A stretch of DNA of 63,068 nt, filler included, from Octopus bimaculoides (Eukaryota), in assembly GCF_001194135.2 (NCBI RefSeq). It is 5 parts of 5 records of this genome, joined end to end, with 100 filler letters (N's around TTAATTAATTAA, not from the genome) between each part and the next. Parts side by side here need not be neighbours in the genome. Positions count along the whole stretch, not along the records: positions 22,527 to 52,759 come from NC_068999.1; 4 more parts are not named here. One strand, given 5' to 3'. Shown piece by piece: positions 24,491 to 37,751 of the stretch. The notes below the pieces were generated by a model. It worked only from the letters and a program-made list of their open reading frames with translations, was not told the origin of the DNA and made no database searches. A program made the position numbers and the translations under genes. How positions within the stretch are numbered: position 1 is the stretch's first letter; each line of letters starts with the position of its first letter.

Positions 24491-26960
24491 GTCAGATTTC
24501 ATAAGTTTATTGTAGTAAAATATTACCATTTCTCTTCAAATCCAACCAACAAAGTTATCTATCTTCCCCCTTCACCCATGTTGTCTGTCTGTCTGTCCGT
24601 CTCTCTCACTCCTTCCAGGACTGACATCCTTCTACTCTAGAACATCAACTCCAAAGAATTCCCTGTCCCTGTCCCTGTCTATGTTTTTCTTACAAATTTC
24701 AATTTGCTGCTATTCAATTGCATGATCTCACAATCCAGAAAGAATCTGTTCAGATCATGGACTTTGTCCCTCCTTCCTAAAACCATCTTAACGCCTCTGT
24801 CAGTCAGCACTGACCATGGACCTGCACCAGGAATATTTTCCACTCAAGTGCATGCCTTGGTAAAAATTCTTCATAGAAGACCAGCAATTGATACTACAGG
24901 TCTTTCTTCTCTGTGCAACTATTGTCCAAGAGAAAAGCAAGGCCCAATTCAACTTGGCACCATTATCATCACAAGGGAAGTCAGAACACAAAGTGACAGA
25001 ACAAATACTTCCAAACTCTAACAATTCCTCCAATCCATCGCAACAGACTGGTACTTTATTACATTGACTTCAGAATGATAAAAGGATATGGTCAACCTCA
25101 GCAAGATTTTAACCCACAAGGTTAAGAACTCAAACAAATAAATATAGGGATTTTTGCTCTATGCACTAATAACTTTGTACAAGCTATTGCCTAGCTAAAA
25201 CTCTTGAAAACAATTATTCTGCCTACAAGTATATGCTGATATTTGAAATGTCTACAGAAATGTGAAATTTTCCATTAAAAGAAAAGAATAAAAGCGTTCT
25301 GTAAAACAGAATCACTGCTCGAACCATGGAAGAAATCGGTAATATAACAAAAACAATCAGACAACTTGGAAGTCATGGAACTTCCCAGAATGTCGTTCAG
25401 ATGTTATTTTCGGAATACTTCGTCCAGTTCGCTCAGCTCTCAGTTGTCACTACGATCGTTTCTCTGGACGCTACGTTTGGCACCTCTTCAACTTGTTCGG
25501 CAAATTTCTCCTGCACACACACACATAAACCCACAATATTACAACCCTTTAATACTACTCAGTAGCTTTCTCACACGAGAGAACGAGGAGAGAACGTGTG
25601 AATGAATGAATGAGTGTGTATAGCCCAGCGTTTCCATTACACAAGTTCAACAAAACATGACATACTTTAAACCTGTCGTCTAAGACATACGTCTCCGTCA
25701 CCATCACCAGTATAACTGTACAACTTGCAGAAGAAGAAACAGAAGGAAAGAAACATTTGTAGAGGTGGTGGTCTGGAAATGTTACAGCGTTAATGTAGTA
25801 ATTAGTTTTCGAGTACGTCAGAGCATTCACACACAAAAGACGACACACAGGGAGCGGAAGTTGTTGGACAGGATGATGTTCGTTTAGTTTCCCCCAATTA
25901 CTGTAGTTTCCCGTCCTCCTCCAGACACCAATAAATGAACACACACACACACTCTCTCTCTATCTCTCTCTCTCACACAAAACACCCATTCTCCAAACCT
26001 CACCAACCAAACTGTCAGACATTGTCAGACTCGGCCCTTCCACAGACTAACATTGTCACATCCTCAACAATAAGTAGCAAACACACCTAACATACACATA
26101 AAATAGAATGCTTTTATAGAGAGATAGCCAGATGTGTACCGCGTGCACACAATAAGGTCGTTAGCTGTTTAGTACATACACATATTGGGAAAGCAAGCAA
26201 TATGACATACATACGGAAAGAGAGCTAGCCAAGTGTCTAACAACGCATACAATTTGTGTATTTGTTTATATATCGAGCCGTTTGCCCTCATGAGAGCCCA
26301 ATTTCTGTTTGGGCTTGACTCCTTTCTACATATTGTTAAAGACGAGGAAGGAGTCAATTATACACATTTGCTTACTTTCTTTCGTAAGATAAACAGATAC
26401 GGTACAGCCTCAGGTATATCAAGTCGGAGGAGATAAAGAATACGCACACCACCCGTTTTCGGCGTAACCCTAATCCTAAATACCGGGTGTGCGTATTCTT
26501 TACCTTCGCCATCAAGTTTTACTAAATCAGTGATCGCTATTCCTCCTGAACAGTACTGGTTGCGTTGATAAAAGCCCACAATTAAAAGAAGTTAACAGAA
26601 CCACCATACCGAGGGTCGATTAAGTACCAGTAATATGCTGAAATCATCTCAATCTACAATTTTCTATTTCTATAAATCGGTGGGGCCTAAGTAGGTCTAT
26701 CAAATATGTATCTGTTGTAACGAGAAAGTCTCAGCGTGATCATTAGGGATGCTAAAAATAGCTGCCAAATATACCTCAAATCACATCTCTACAATCTTAG
26801 ATAAGAGGTCACAATAGATAAAGTGGTCCTGGGTTCTCTGCGCGACGGCATGATCCTGGTTAGAATGTATTTGATCCGAGGTTAAACCACTAACGTACTA
26901 GACTAGACTGAATTTAATCTTAAACTGTTTACCAAACCTCAATAGGTTATAATACAGTTC

Positions 26961-27228
26961 TATATTTAAGAGATGAGGAATTATGTACATTATTTACATT
27001 TGATGGATATTTGTCCTCGTCTTGTTTGTTGTTAACACAACGTTTCGGCAGGCATTAGACTTCAATGGAGACATATTGAGAAACTCCACCAAAAACTAGC
27101 TCGTCTTTCAACTCAGGTTCGAAATTTCCCCAAGACACCTGACGAAGGCTGGAGGGTATATCAGCCGAAACGTTGTGTTAACAACAAACAAGATGAGGAC
27201 AAATATCCGTCAAATGTAAATAATGTAC
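26961..27228. mobile_element. Penelope-like inverted terminal structure (65-bp arms)
   Basis: 26985-27049 is the reverse complement of 27164-27228 with 2 mismatches; the right side carries a full hammerhead. Confidence 0.75.
27134..27179 (+). ncRNA. Minimal type I hammerhead ribozyme motif
   Basis: GACAC-CTGACGA-A-GGCTG-GAGGGTATAT-CAGCC-GAAACGTT-GTGTT: 5-bp stem I, 5-bp stem II, ACGT palindromic stem III, GUU site. Confidence 0.85.
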
Positions 27229-27310
27229 CCAATGGGTTATGTTAGAAAACGCAGTCAACTTTGCTTTGTTTAGCCTTCCGAAGTTGATGAAATAAAGTAC
27301 AAGCCAAGTG

Positions 27311-27374
27311 GGTACTACTAAAGCAGCGCGGACGCGCGACTGCGCGTTCGGATCCGCGCTGCTTTAGTAGTAGC
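27311..27374. mobile_element. 64-bp micro-MITE with 22-bp TIRs and 8-bp TSD (Merlin-type signature)
   Basis: TSD GCCAAGTG at 27303-27310 and 27375-27382; TIR GGTACTACTAAAGCAGCGCGGA with 21/22 match; inserted in a SINE C relic. Confidence 0.85.
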
Positions 27375-28408
27375 GCCAAGTGTTGAGGTCGATATCATTA
27401 ACTATTCCCTTTCCCAAAATCTGATCGGTGTACCCAAATAAGACAATATTTGAGGGTGGTGGAACGGTAGAACTGGTGCAGCATGAGACAAAATTACACG
27501 TGATGTTTATTTACGAGCCTTTTACGTTCTGAGTTCAAATTCCACTGAAGTCAGTAAAAGTACTAAATTTTTCACCTTGCGATTATGTAAGATGAAAATC
27601 TAGAATTCACTTCTGACTTTAATCAACCCTAATGAAGCAGATCCACAATCAATAAGTGTTGTTGGAGATTTGGTTGCTATTTCTAGCAGGTCGGCGAGCA
27701 CGTAGACTCACCCGTTGACTTTGCAAACAAAGTCAACAGAAAAGCTGTGACACGGCATGTAAACATGTCAATTAACATCAGTGTGATTAACCTTTTTTTG
27801 CGATAATGTATTAAAATGAGATTAAACAAAAAAAGTAGCTCGAAATCAATTAACCGTACCATCAAAAACCCCATGAGCTAGGAACAAATTATCATTGAAG
27901 CCGTTTTTAAAAAGTGTGTGGAGAGGCTACACCAATCCTTATACATTAAGACGCGTGTTAATGCGACGGGGGATGAGTGTTTGTGCTATATATATAGAAT
28001 ATATCAAAGACATACAAGCATATCTACAAATATATGGGTGGGTGAGTTTAGGTAGGTAAATATAAATTAAGAGAAAATTTTCAAATTCAGTATATTGATG
28101 TACTTTTTCACGCGGAATCAGAGTTTGTAATTCATTTATCTCAGAAAAAAAATTTCAGAAAAATGTAACAAACGTTTAAAATTTCCTCATTTTTACCCAA
28201 TCAGAGAACAGGGTTTGTGCGTAATGGCCGTCATAAAATGAAACTAAACAAGTTTAAAACAAACTGAAAGCAATGCATGAGAAATAATATATATATACAA
28301 AAGAGTGAGAGCGATAAAGAGTGAAGTAACTAATCGAGAGAGAGACAGACTGATGGCGATAGATAGTGGGAGAGTTGTCGATCTGAAAGTTGAGTTATTT
28401 CCAGAGCT

Positions 28409-28875
28409 GGACGCGAATTTTTTTCCCCACGAGAGCTCCGGTTCCCAGTTATGAACTCATTTGCATACAGCCAAATCCTGTTTCTTGTCTGGGTGAAAAT
28501 GATCAAACTTTAAACCTTTATAACTTTTTAAAAACATTTTTCTGGAAAAAATGAAATAACTCCAGTAATTCAGTTTGGGCAAGTGTATTATTGTGCCAAC
28601 GTCGGAGTAACCAGTGAACATCGAAGGATCAACACCAAGAAGGAAGAAATATTATTTATATAAATTTATTCGTTTGCCCGACATGTAGTTAATGAGACAG
28701 TAGTACTTGTAGTGATGGCGAATTTTTGTCTGACAGTAGAGAGGGAAAGAGTAAAGAATGCACGGTGCTGACTAGAAAGGAAGAAAGAATAAGGGTGGCT
28801 CTGCGCTGATTGGTTGTATGCAGATGAGTCCATTACAGGGGTCCGGAACTCTCGTGGAAAAAAATTTTGCGCCCC
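28409..28875. mobile_element. Unclassified TIR element (about 68-bp imperfect TIRs)
   Basis: 28409-28477 versus the reverse complement of 28808-28875 (CCACGAGAG.TCCGG, ACTCAT.TGCATACA.CCAA). Confidence 0.6.
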
Positions 28876-30205
28876 GGGCAAGCTGAACTTCGGCGTGTAC
28901 AAGCTGACGGTCGTAGAAATTTCCTTGTCTTTGTCACGCCCTCCTTGACGCTCCCTAGCACATGGCACCTCGTGCGACTACCCAAGTTGCCGGTACCTTG
29001 AGCTGGCCCTGGTTATTTCTTACAGCAAATGATATATTTTTTATTACAATTTATGGACCACCCTCTCTTAGGAGGGGGAGACATATTTCGAAAATCAAAT
29101 TCGTTTTTCTCGAGGACGCATTGTCTCAGAGCCTTTCAGGGCTAAACTCATACACTCGCATTTATGTTTAAATATATGTATATACACACACAGAACTGGA
29201 ACCCTCGACGTCGTAAGCGACGGAGTGCCAACAACAACAACAACACACAGATAAACTGACACTCCCACACCATTACATATTCACACGCACAGAAGAAAAT
29301 ATTCTCTATAAATACAATATCAAAACACACTCAGCCAATAGAGTGTGCATCAGAATCACCATGAAGAAATTTAAGACCACATTTAACCATTACCAATATA
29401 TATTCTGGAATCCTAACGAGAGAAATGTCACATCACCTTACACATTTGGCATCACAGTGATAACCACACACTACACAAGCTTCAATGAATAATGTTACCA
29501 AAACCACCATAAGACCGCAGTCGCTGCCAGTCCTGTAATTCATGTACAAATGAAAGTTTCCACATACTATTAGCCCTCAAACAACTAAAAAAAAACCCAA
29601 AAAAACTGAACTCATAAATTACCTACAGACTTTCAAAATCTATTTCAACTACTAATGTGTGCACGACCCAGAGAGTAAGATGCACTTATCTCATGTACAT
29701 ATTTGCACAAATAACTTACCATGATACACCACCCAATACACCTGTTATCCTTTACCTGTTTCAGTGAAATAGAAACACACGCAACGCGCTTTTTTCAGTT
29801 TCCATCAACTCACAAAGCTTTAGTTGACCCGGGAGACACTCAAGATGCCACGCTGTGGGATAGAAGCCGGAACGACGCGGTTAGTAAGGAAACATCTTGC
29901 GATACAGCCACGCCGTCGAAACAGAAAAAGATCACAGCTCTTGCTACATATACAAAACCAGACACAAATCCAATCGCCCGTACAACCAATCACTGCGATT
30001 ATACCGAAAAAGCCCACACAAACAGTCAACAACACACCAATACACAGGTACTAACATGAACATACAAGTGTTGTATATGCGTGTGTCTGTATACTGTATG
30101 CTTATCATAATCGAAGACTAGATCACACTTATGCTTGAACACACACAATATAAGCAGGTTTATAATCAAAAGTGAAATAATAATATAGAAAATAATAATA
30201 ATATA

Positions 30206-30604
30206 GGCGCAGGAGTGGCTGTGTGGTAAGTAGCTTGCTTACCAACCACATGGTCCTGGGTTCAGTCCCACTGCGTGGCACCTTGGGCAAGTGTCTTCTA
30301 CTATAGCCTCGGGCCGACCAAAGCCTTGTGAGTGGATTTGGTAGACGGAAACTGAAAGAAGCCCGTCGTATATATGTATATATATATATATGTGTGTGTT
30401 TGTGTGTCTGTGTTTGTCCCCCCCCCACCATCACTTGACAACCGATGCTGGTGTGTTTACGTCCCCGTAACCTTGCGGTTCGGCAAAAAGAGACCGATAG
30501 AATAAGTACTAGGCTTCCAAAGAATAAGTCCTGGGGTCGATTTTCTCGACTAAAGGCGGTGCTCCAGCATGGCCACAGTCAAATGACTGAAACGAGTAAA
30601 GAGT
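30206..30604 (+). mobile_element. SINE family A (CORE-like), full length, low divergence
   Basis: tRNA-like head with A-box TGGCTGTGTGG and B-box GGTTCAGTCCC, CCTTGGGCAAGTG core, internal microsatellite, tail GACTGAAACGAGTAAAGAG; near-identical to 50609-51000. Confidence 0.92.
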
Positions 30605-31849
30605 AATATAAGACGTTAGTAATAGAGCCGTAATTCTGGAGTTAAAACCGAGTTACGTATTTGGCGTCGACTGCAAGACTTAATATGTCGTTTATTTCAT
30701 TCAATCACTTTCATCAATTCTTGTTGGTAGTAGTAGGAGAAAGATCGATTAAAATAACTGCCAGAAATAAATATCTTAACATCAAATATATTTCTTGAGA
30801 TTTAATGTTCTACGTATCTGTTGGGCTGAATCTATAAAATTAGCACCACATGCCGTAAATGGAAAAGAGTCTTAAACGTCGTAATTATTATTTCTGGTGT
30901 CTGTTTAATATGTAAGATCTCCGCTTGCGCCAACCTCCTGTCAATAGCGTTAATAGCTCGAACTAATGAAAGAATCGTCTCTCCATGGTCGCCCGTTTAT
31001 GCTATGAAAAACTGCAACCGAATCTTCCCTGCATCACACTCTGCCGTTTTAAATAAAAATATGACCATTTCACTTAGGTAATTTTAATGATCTCCAACAA
31101 GGCACGAACGCTATATAATCTAATCTCTCCTCGCTTATTAACACAAAGGCTTGACTATAAGGAAACAATCAATTATGTAATGAAGGTAGTCAAAAGGTGA
31201 AGGTTCGATCTTCAAATACAAGAGCTACACATCAACATCCAACAAAGCTGATGCACGCTAATCGCCCAAGTGAGCGGCTCCATGCAGTTTCACATTTATT
31301 TGAATTGCGGGTAGGGAAACTCTTCCCTGCTTCCATAATTAAAACTACTCGTTGACGAAGTTGTCTTTAAATCCATATGAATAAATAAATAAACCTTGAA
31401 ACCGCAGGACTGACATTGTAATGCAAACATAAAATAAAAGATCCGTTATTTTTCTTAACATGATGCACGGGTTCTTCTGCACTTGCAGTCTGTCTCCGTT
31501 ATTAAAAATCCTGTCAAAGCAATCATCCAAAGCTGCTAAAAACTGCAGTCAAAATTTCTCTATCATACCCTACTGATGTCTTAAAAGAGGAAGTGCACAT
31601 TTGATGTGACCCTGAATGCACACTGTTTGAGTGGATGCGAAAGAAAAAATGAAATAAAAGCCTTTGACCTTATATTTACTTCTTCGGAGCTGAATAATAA
31701 TACCTGTTGATAAGGCATACATAAAGGCCACGAAGATTTGAGTTCGAACCTCTGGTTGTACATATCTTACTGTTCTTAACGTTTCCAAATGCTCCGGAGA
31801 CATAGCCGAACGTCACATTAGCCCTCCTCTGAGAAGTTGATAAACTGTG

Positions 31850-32420
31850 ATAATGTTAGAAACATACTAGTCAGTAGATTAATAGATTGAAGTATATCTC
31901 ATTTTATGTTCAGAGTTCAAATTCCACCGATGTTGATAAAATATACTTCTAGCCAAGTACTTGCAAGAACTCTGGGACTTGAAGAGTTGAGTCCACTATA
32001 CTTTCCTTCAAAATCCATGGCCACGTACCAAAGTTAAGGGTAAAATGCATTGCGGTACTACAATCGCCTCTTTATATTCTGCGCTCGAATCCCACTGAAG
32101 TCAACTTATCCCTTCCTCCTCCGAAAATGACAAAACAGAATATCAATCACATACTAAGTCGATTTAACAGGCCAATACAAAATATTATTTTTGTGAATTG
32201 GCAATATCATTGGAGTGTCGGACAAAATGGCTTCTAATATTTGCTCCGACTCTACGTTTTGAGTTCAAACCTTCCTCCGTCAACTTCAACTTTTATCCTT
32301 CTGCGATTGATAAAATAAAGTACCAGCCAAACATTGAGGTTGATGTGATTAATTAAGCACTCCCACCCAACACCCAAATATATGACTTTGTGTCCATGTT
32401 GTAAATGATATAAATATTGT
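31850..32420 (+). mobile_element. Cluster of about three degenerate SINE C relics
   Basis: Repeated GAGTTCAAATTCC..CGA / TTGATAAAAT.AAGTACCAG motifs. Confidence 0.6.
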
Positions 32421-32787
32421 TATTAATAACGATAGTAGGTTACAAGAAGAAAAAAGTGTGTGTGTGTGTACACACACACAAACAATAGGAGTGAAACATG
32501 ACTGAGCAAAAAATACTGAGGCACAATCTAGTCACGAGTTAAGGAAAAGAGAAAGAATAAGCATTATGCAAATGATCGTAAATCCACGGCCATACAAATG
32601 CGCTAACACTTAAATAAACCCTATGGTCTCGGTAATTATATATACGTACATACATGCACGCCGCGCACACACACACACAGAGAGGGGGGGAAGACAGACA
32701 TTTAAACGAAAGGTCTAAGTAGTTATGTGTAGAGAGAGTGAGAGAAAGTGAGAAATATTGGATTAAAAAAAAGAATATATCTGAAGA

Positions 32788-32824
<37 letters not shown>

Positions 32825-33692
32825 AATTCCAGTTCGCTTGTGATTGAATTAATGAAAGAGATTGACTATTATTTCTAGCAGGTGGTGACAGTGCAAAAGT
32901 GAGGTAGAGGAAGAAAGAACTATAACGACAGTAGTAAACAGGTGGTAGTCGGATTAACGATTTTAAATTACATAGGCACGAGTGGAGCTAAGATTTACAA
33001 TGGAGTGGATGGATGAAAGAAAAATGAGATTATGTGATGTCCAGGTTTTTTTTTTTTTTTTTAATGAAATTTAATATTAACGTAAATGAAATCAAATAGT
33101 ATTAGCTGGAAAACGAAACGAATAACAGTTACACTATTTTATTAGTTTTGGATAATTTAAAAAATTTCAATTTGGAGAACCATCTAAATTTAATTTAAAG
33201 AGTGAGGGATGATTAAGTATATATAACATTCATATACCTCCTCTTTAACCCCCCCCCCCACTTAAATGAGGTGTTGAAGTTCTGAGTGGAGTAATGCGGT
33301 TCTGACTGGAAATCAAAAACAGGTCACAAACACAAAGACAGACAGATAGATAGATAGATAGACAGACACACACAGATGTACAAACACAAATACGCTATAT
33401 ACTGTATTAGACAATATAATGGGTATATATGGTCATGGTTTTCTTCACACAATATATACATTTTTTTTACCAATACACAAATATAGAATGGGACCTATTT
33501 TATCTACAGGAATTCAAAACTATACCAGCCCAGTGTGTGTGAGTGAGTAGATAGATAGATAGATCAGTCGAGTAGTGTATTCTTGGATATGAAGAATAAC
33601 CAGGAATATAATACTCCTCTACTATATAAAAGTATAATAGCTCAAATTTTTTTTTAGATCGTGCTTTTTTTCTGACTTATGGAAAACTGACC

Positions 33693-33744
<52 letters not shown>

Positions 33745-34282
33745 TACAAAACGGAACGATCAAACAGTAGTCTTCATATTACTTATGACATTTATAAATT
33801 ACACACTGCTTTAGTTAATGAGAGCAGTTATATATGATCTAAATTTTTGTTCTTGGTGAAATGTCCCATAGTTAATCGACGACAGAGATTCAATATCTAT
33901 GGTTAAGGCATATATAGTGCAGATTTTATGTAACTTCGTAGTTTGAACAAGGAAATTAGCATTTTTTCTTAAAGCTAGTCTTTCAGCAAATTACTTACCA
34001 AAACATAAACTTGAGGGTGGGACCAGCGAATTTACTCAGTTTCAATGACTTGATATCTTTCTGTGAAGTTGGTTCCGACTGAGTGGATGTTAAATCTCTC
34101 CATGTGACTACACAAAGCCCTATGAACAGAACCGCTAAAGACATTCGGCCGAAAGAAGCCATTGCTTTTAGCTGAATGGCATCTGAATTAAAGGGGAAGT
34201 AATTCTCGTTTACAAAAACACAAAAGAGTTACACTTGTTCATGCAGCTTTCGTGTTATTGTTTATTTATTTATTTATGCGTA

Positions 34283-34711
34283 GAGGCGCAATGGCCCAAT
34301 GGTTAGAGCAGCGGACTCGCGGTCATAGGTTCGCGGTTTCGATTCCCAGACCGGGCGTTGTGAGTGTTTATTGAGCGAAAATATCTAAAGTTCCACGTGA
34401 CTCCGGCNNNNNNNNNNGTGTTTATTGAGCGAAAATACCTAAAGCTCCACGTGACTCCGGCAGGGGATGGTGGCGAACCCTCCTGTACTCTTTCACCACA
34501 ACTTTCTCTCACTCTTATTCCCTGTTTCTGTTGTACCTGTAATTCAAAGGGTCAGCTGTGTCACGCTGAATACCCGCGAGAACTACGTTAAGGGTACACG
34601 TGTCTGTGGAGTGTTCAGCCACTTGCACGTTAATTTCACGAGCAGGCTGTTCCGTTGAACGGATCAACTGGAGCCCTCGACGTCGTAAGCGACGGAGTGC
34701 CAACAACAACA
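34283..34711 (+). mobile_element. SINE family B, full length
   Basis: A-box TGGCCCAATGG, B-box GGTTTCGATTCC, (CAA)n tail, ATTTATTTATGC TSD on both sides; small duplication across a 10-N gap. Confidence 0.9.
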
Positions 34712-34756
34712 TTTATTTATGCAAAGTTTATTCGTAAAACGAAAGCTTGGAGTGAG

Positions 34757-34808
34757 AATCGAGCCCGCTAGTTTCGTCATCGCCCTCACAACTCATCAGG
34801 TTTCGATT
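34757..34808 (-). ncRNA. Degenerate hammerhead-like motif
   Basis: Minus strand AATCGAAAC-CTGATGA-GTTGT-GAGGGCG-ATGAC-GAAACTAGCG-GGCTCGATT; core intact but the cleavage triplet is GCG and stem I is mismatched. Confidence 0.45.
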
Positions 34809-36499
34809 ACTTCTGTTTTTTCTTAACCACCGAGTGTCATTAGCGGACAGCTAGTTATTAAAATGTAAAACAGATTGAGTAGACCTTATGGCCGAAAGCA
34901 TTCTACCCGTGACTTTCTCAACTTCTCGTATTTTGTCAATTTCTTTTTTTATTTGTTCAGCAATAGAGGACTCAGACATGCTTTATCTATTGTGTCCTTC
35001 TTCTAATAAAATATACCGTTGTTTGAGGAAAGTTTAGCTGCTATTTCCTGCAGGTCGAGGGACTACGAATGCAACAAGTGCATCGAGTCCCATAAGTGGA
35101 TCACTGATGACCTAAGGGTGGAATTCTGGTTTAAGCACCCCATATAAAAATTTGCAATGTCCGTATTTTAAACTCTGATTTGGAAAAAAAAATCGAAAAA
35201 GAGTGGAACTTATAGGATTTATGGGAGGATGGAGTGTTCTCCACACGGAAATCCCGTGTGTAGAATACAAATTCGCAAAAATTTTCTGAAAATTTAAAAC
35301 AAAATAATAAAGTTATGAAGGGTTGTATGGTGTGTTTAAACTAGAATTCCGTTGTCCTAAGATCTTTTCTAAAAGTTTTTTCAAATTTAATATATCTGTG
35401 GACAATTGAGCAGATAATGGCTTAAAGATAGTCTTTTGTGTTAAGTTTTGCTTCGTTTTTACTAATCTGTAGTGATAGAAAGGGTGCATATTTTTATATG
35501 TAAGTTGTGATATGATATGATGTGCCATGGGTAAATATAAAAACAACCAAAATGTGAATCAATAGAAAAGAAAGTTGCTGATCTTCCTCAGCGCCTATCG
35601 TGCTCGCTGGTTTTGTGTGGATGTTTGTATCTAGATACATCAGGTTGTTTACTTTATTGTTTCATAATCTATCACATTCCCTTGTCATTGAAACGAATTT
35701 TTTTATCCCCTTTTTTTCTTTATTGATTTAGTCTAAAGGACGAGATTGTACCCAGTGCCTTCGTGGGTCGACACAAGTAATGTCCCTTGGGAAAAGTTGC
35801 GCAAGTCAACGACCGTCAAAAATGAAAATAAAAAAGTAAAATGATGGAGTAGCCTGGTAGGAACGTACGAACGTTGGGAAAGAAGTAGTGTTGTGATCAG
35901 TGAGGGTCTTGGATGTAGACACAGTATGACTGATAAAAAAAAGGAGAGTTGAGTGTGCCTAAGTGGATTCCTTAGAAGTCACTGTAATAGTAGAAAAAGC
36001 AGAGAAAAGAAACATCGTCTACACTCCAGATATTGGAGTTTGGTGGCTTTTTTTTTTTGTAGGTAACCCAAGATAATTTGCATGTGCAGCAAGAGCACTA
36101 TTTCGAACAAAGTAGGAGTTCGTAGAGGAAAGGATTGTAGCTACCAATCCCGAAGGGGATTGCCAGCCTTGTAATGCAATTGCCACTATAACGACGATGT
36201 ACATTCACCACGAGAGATTTTCATCATCAATGAAACCCAATACCTGTAGCTACCTTCTGAGTTCTATTTGTGTACTGTTCATATTTGTGGGATTTGGAGT
36301 ACAATATTGTCTTTTAAGCATGAGATTGTGTCCTAGGAATATATGGAGAAATAAAACAATAGTTTAATATAATGTTCCATGAGTCTTTTAAATGACCATC
36401 TTGGCTTTTCATTTTGTTGTGCATAAGAAATGAAAAGAGGTTCACCTACCAGCCTCTCTTGTTTGTGCCTGTCTAGTAGTAGTCACTCTGGCGATCCTG

Positions 36500-37385
36500 C
36501 CCTACCTTGTCACACAGTATAAGCAGCTGCTATCTGACCAACCCCGGGAGCAACCAACCCTTGCACGTTGTGATCCTAAACTAGGAACCTCATTCTCTTC
36601 CTCTTCTCCACAATCATCATCCAACAAAGTGACAATCCGACGAACATCCAAGACATGACACAGCATTCCATCCATAGAAATGTTGTTTTTGGTATTGACA
36701 GCCATCACTATTCCTCAGTTCCACTGAGTTGTGCAGCATGCCTTTGGTGGCTTGACCCAGACTTCACCTCCCACCTCCACAAAGTCAGGCCCTCTCTCTT
36801 CTACAGGGCATCTTGATGGTTTATTCGGATGCTGCCATTCATATTTGAATATCGCTCTATGTGGCACGGACTCTTTGGCCTGTCCTTATCAAGGCAACAT
36901 GTTGTACCAGAATACCACTTCCAGAGGCAAGACATGTCCCCTCTCCACCATGGCCTCGATCATTTGATGATGTTTCTCCACGATCTCATTTCCATTCGGC
37001 CTGTGTGCCGCTCTGAAAAAGCAGTGCTCTTTCCACCTCTCAAGCATCTCCTTTAGCACCTCCAAATGAAATGCTGTACTGTTGTCCATTACCAATTCGT
37101 CCACAAGGCTCCGCTCTCAGAATACCTAGTTTAGAATATATGCCATCTTGTCCGCATTGCCTGCCTTCAATTCCCACCAAATGGCCACCCAGCCCGGCCC
37201 ACAGTCGACCATCGAGAGATATGCCCTCTGCCGGTAGTGTGTTACATCCACTGCTAGTCATCTCCAGTTGTACTCTACTGAAGTGTTTTCCTGCTCATGC
37301 ACACCTGGAGCAAGGTTGATGGACTGACACATGGAGCAACTCCCGACCACCTTTTGGATGCTCTGTCTGGTAACATCGGCACTCA
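36500..37385 (-). mobile_element. Gypsy LTR-retrotransposon integrase relic
   Basis: CSMCQSI (HHCC tail), LAVDVTHY...YLSMVDCG, ELVMDNSTAF, FRAAHRPNGNEIVEKHHQMI, VWVKPP; multiple stops. Confidence 0.85.
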
Positions 37386-37751
37386 TATTATTATTACCAT
37401 TATTATTATTAAGATGTTGTGCTGACAGAATCATTTGAATGCCAGATAAAATGCTTAGTGCCATTTTGTCTGTCTTTATGTCCTGAGTTCAAATTTTGCC
37501 AAGGTGAACTTTGCCTTTCATCTTTTCAGGAGCGATGAAATAAGTACCAGTTCAGCACTGAAGTAATCAATTTGCCTCTCCTGCCAAATTTCAGGCCTAG
37601 TACCTGTAGTAGAAAGGATTATTATTATTATTTTTATTATAATTATTACAAGCAAAAATACCAGATGGCTTTCTGCTAGTTGGTGGTGGATAGGCAGAAT
37701 TGTTAGAGAGTTAGACAAAATATCTTATGACATTTAGCTACAGTACTTTAA

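Noticed and set aside
24500-25070. Possible degenerate LINE endonuclease fragment on the minus strand
   Set aside because: Motifs too eroded to assign with confidence.
31345-31803. Short minus-strand ORFs with possible splice sites (FLAALDDCFDRIFNNG...)
   Set aside because: No recognisable domain and no consistent phase chain; cannot be supported without RNA data.
33510-33542. Isolated plus-strand AG...GTGAGT mini-exon candidate
   Set aside because: No partner exons or protein motif identified.
34283-34360. tRNA-like sequence with A and B boxes
   Set aside because: No complete cloverleaf or acceptor stem, and it continues into a SINE body; it is a SINE head, not a tRNA gene.
35860-36500. 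Possible 3' LTR of the Gypsy relic
   Set aside because: No second LTR, no clear polypurine tract and no TG...CA boundaries could be fixed.
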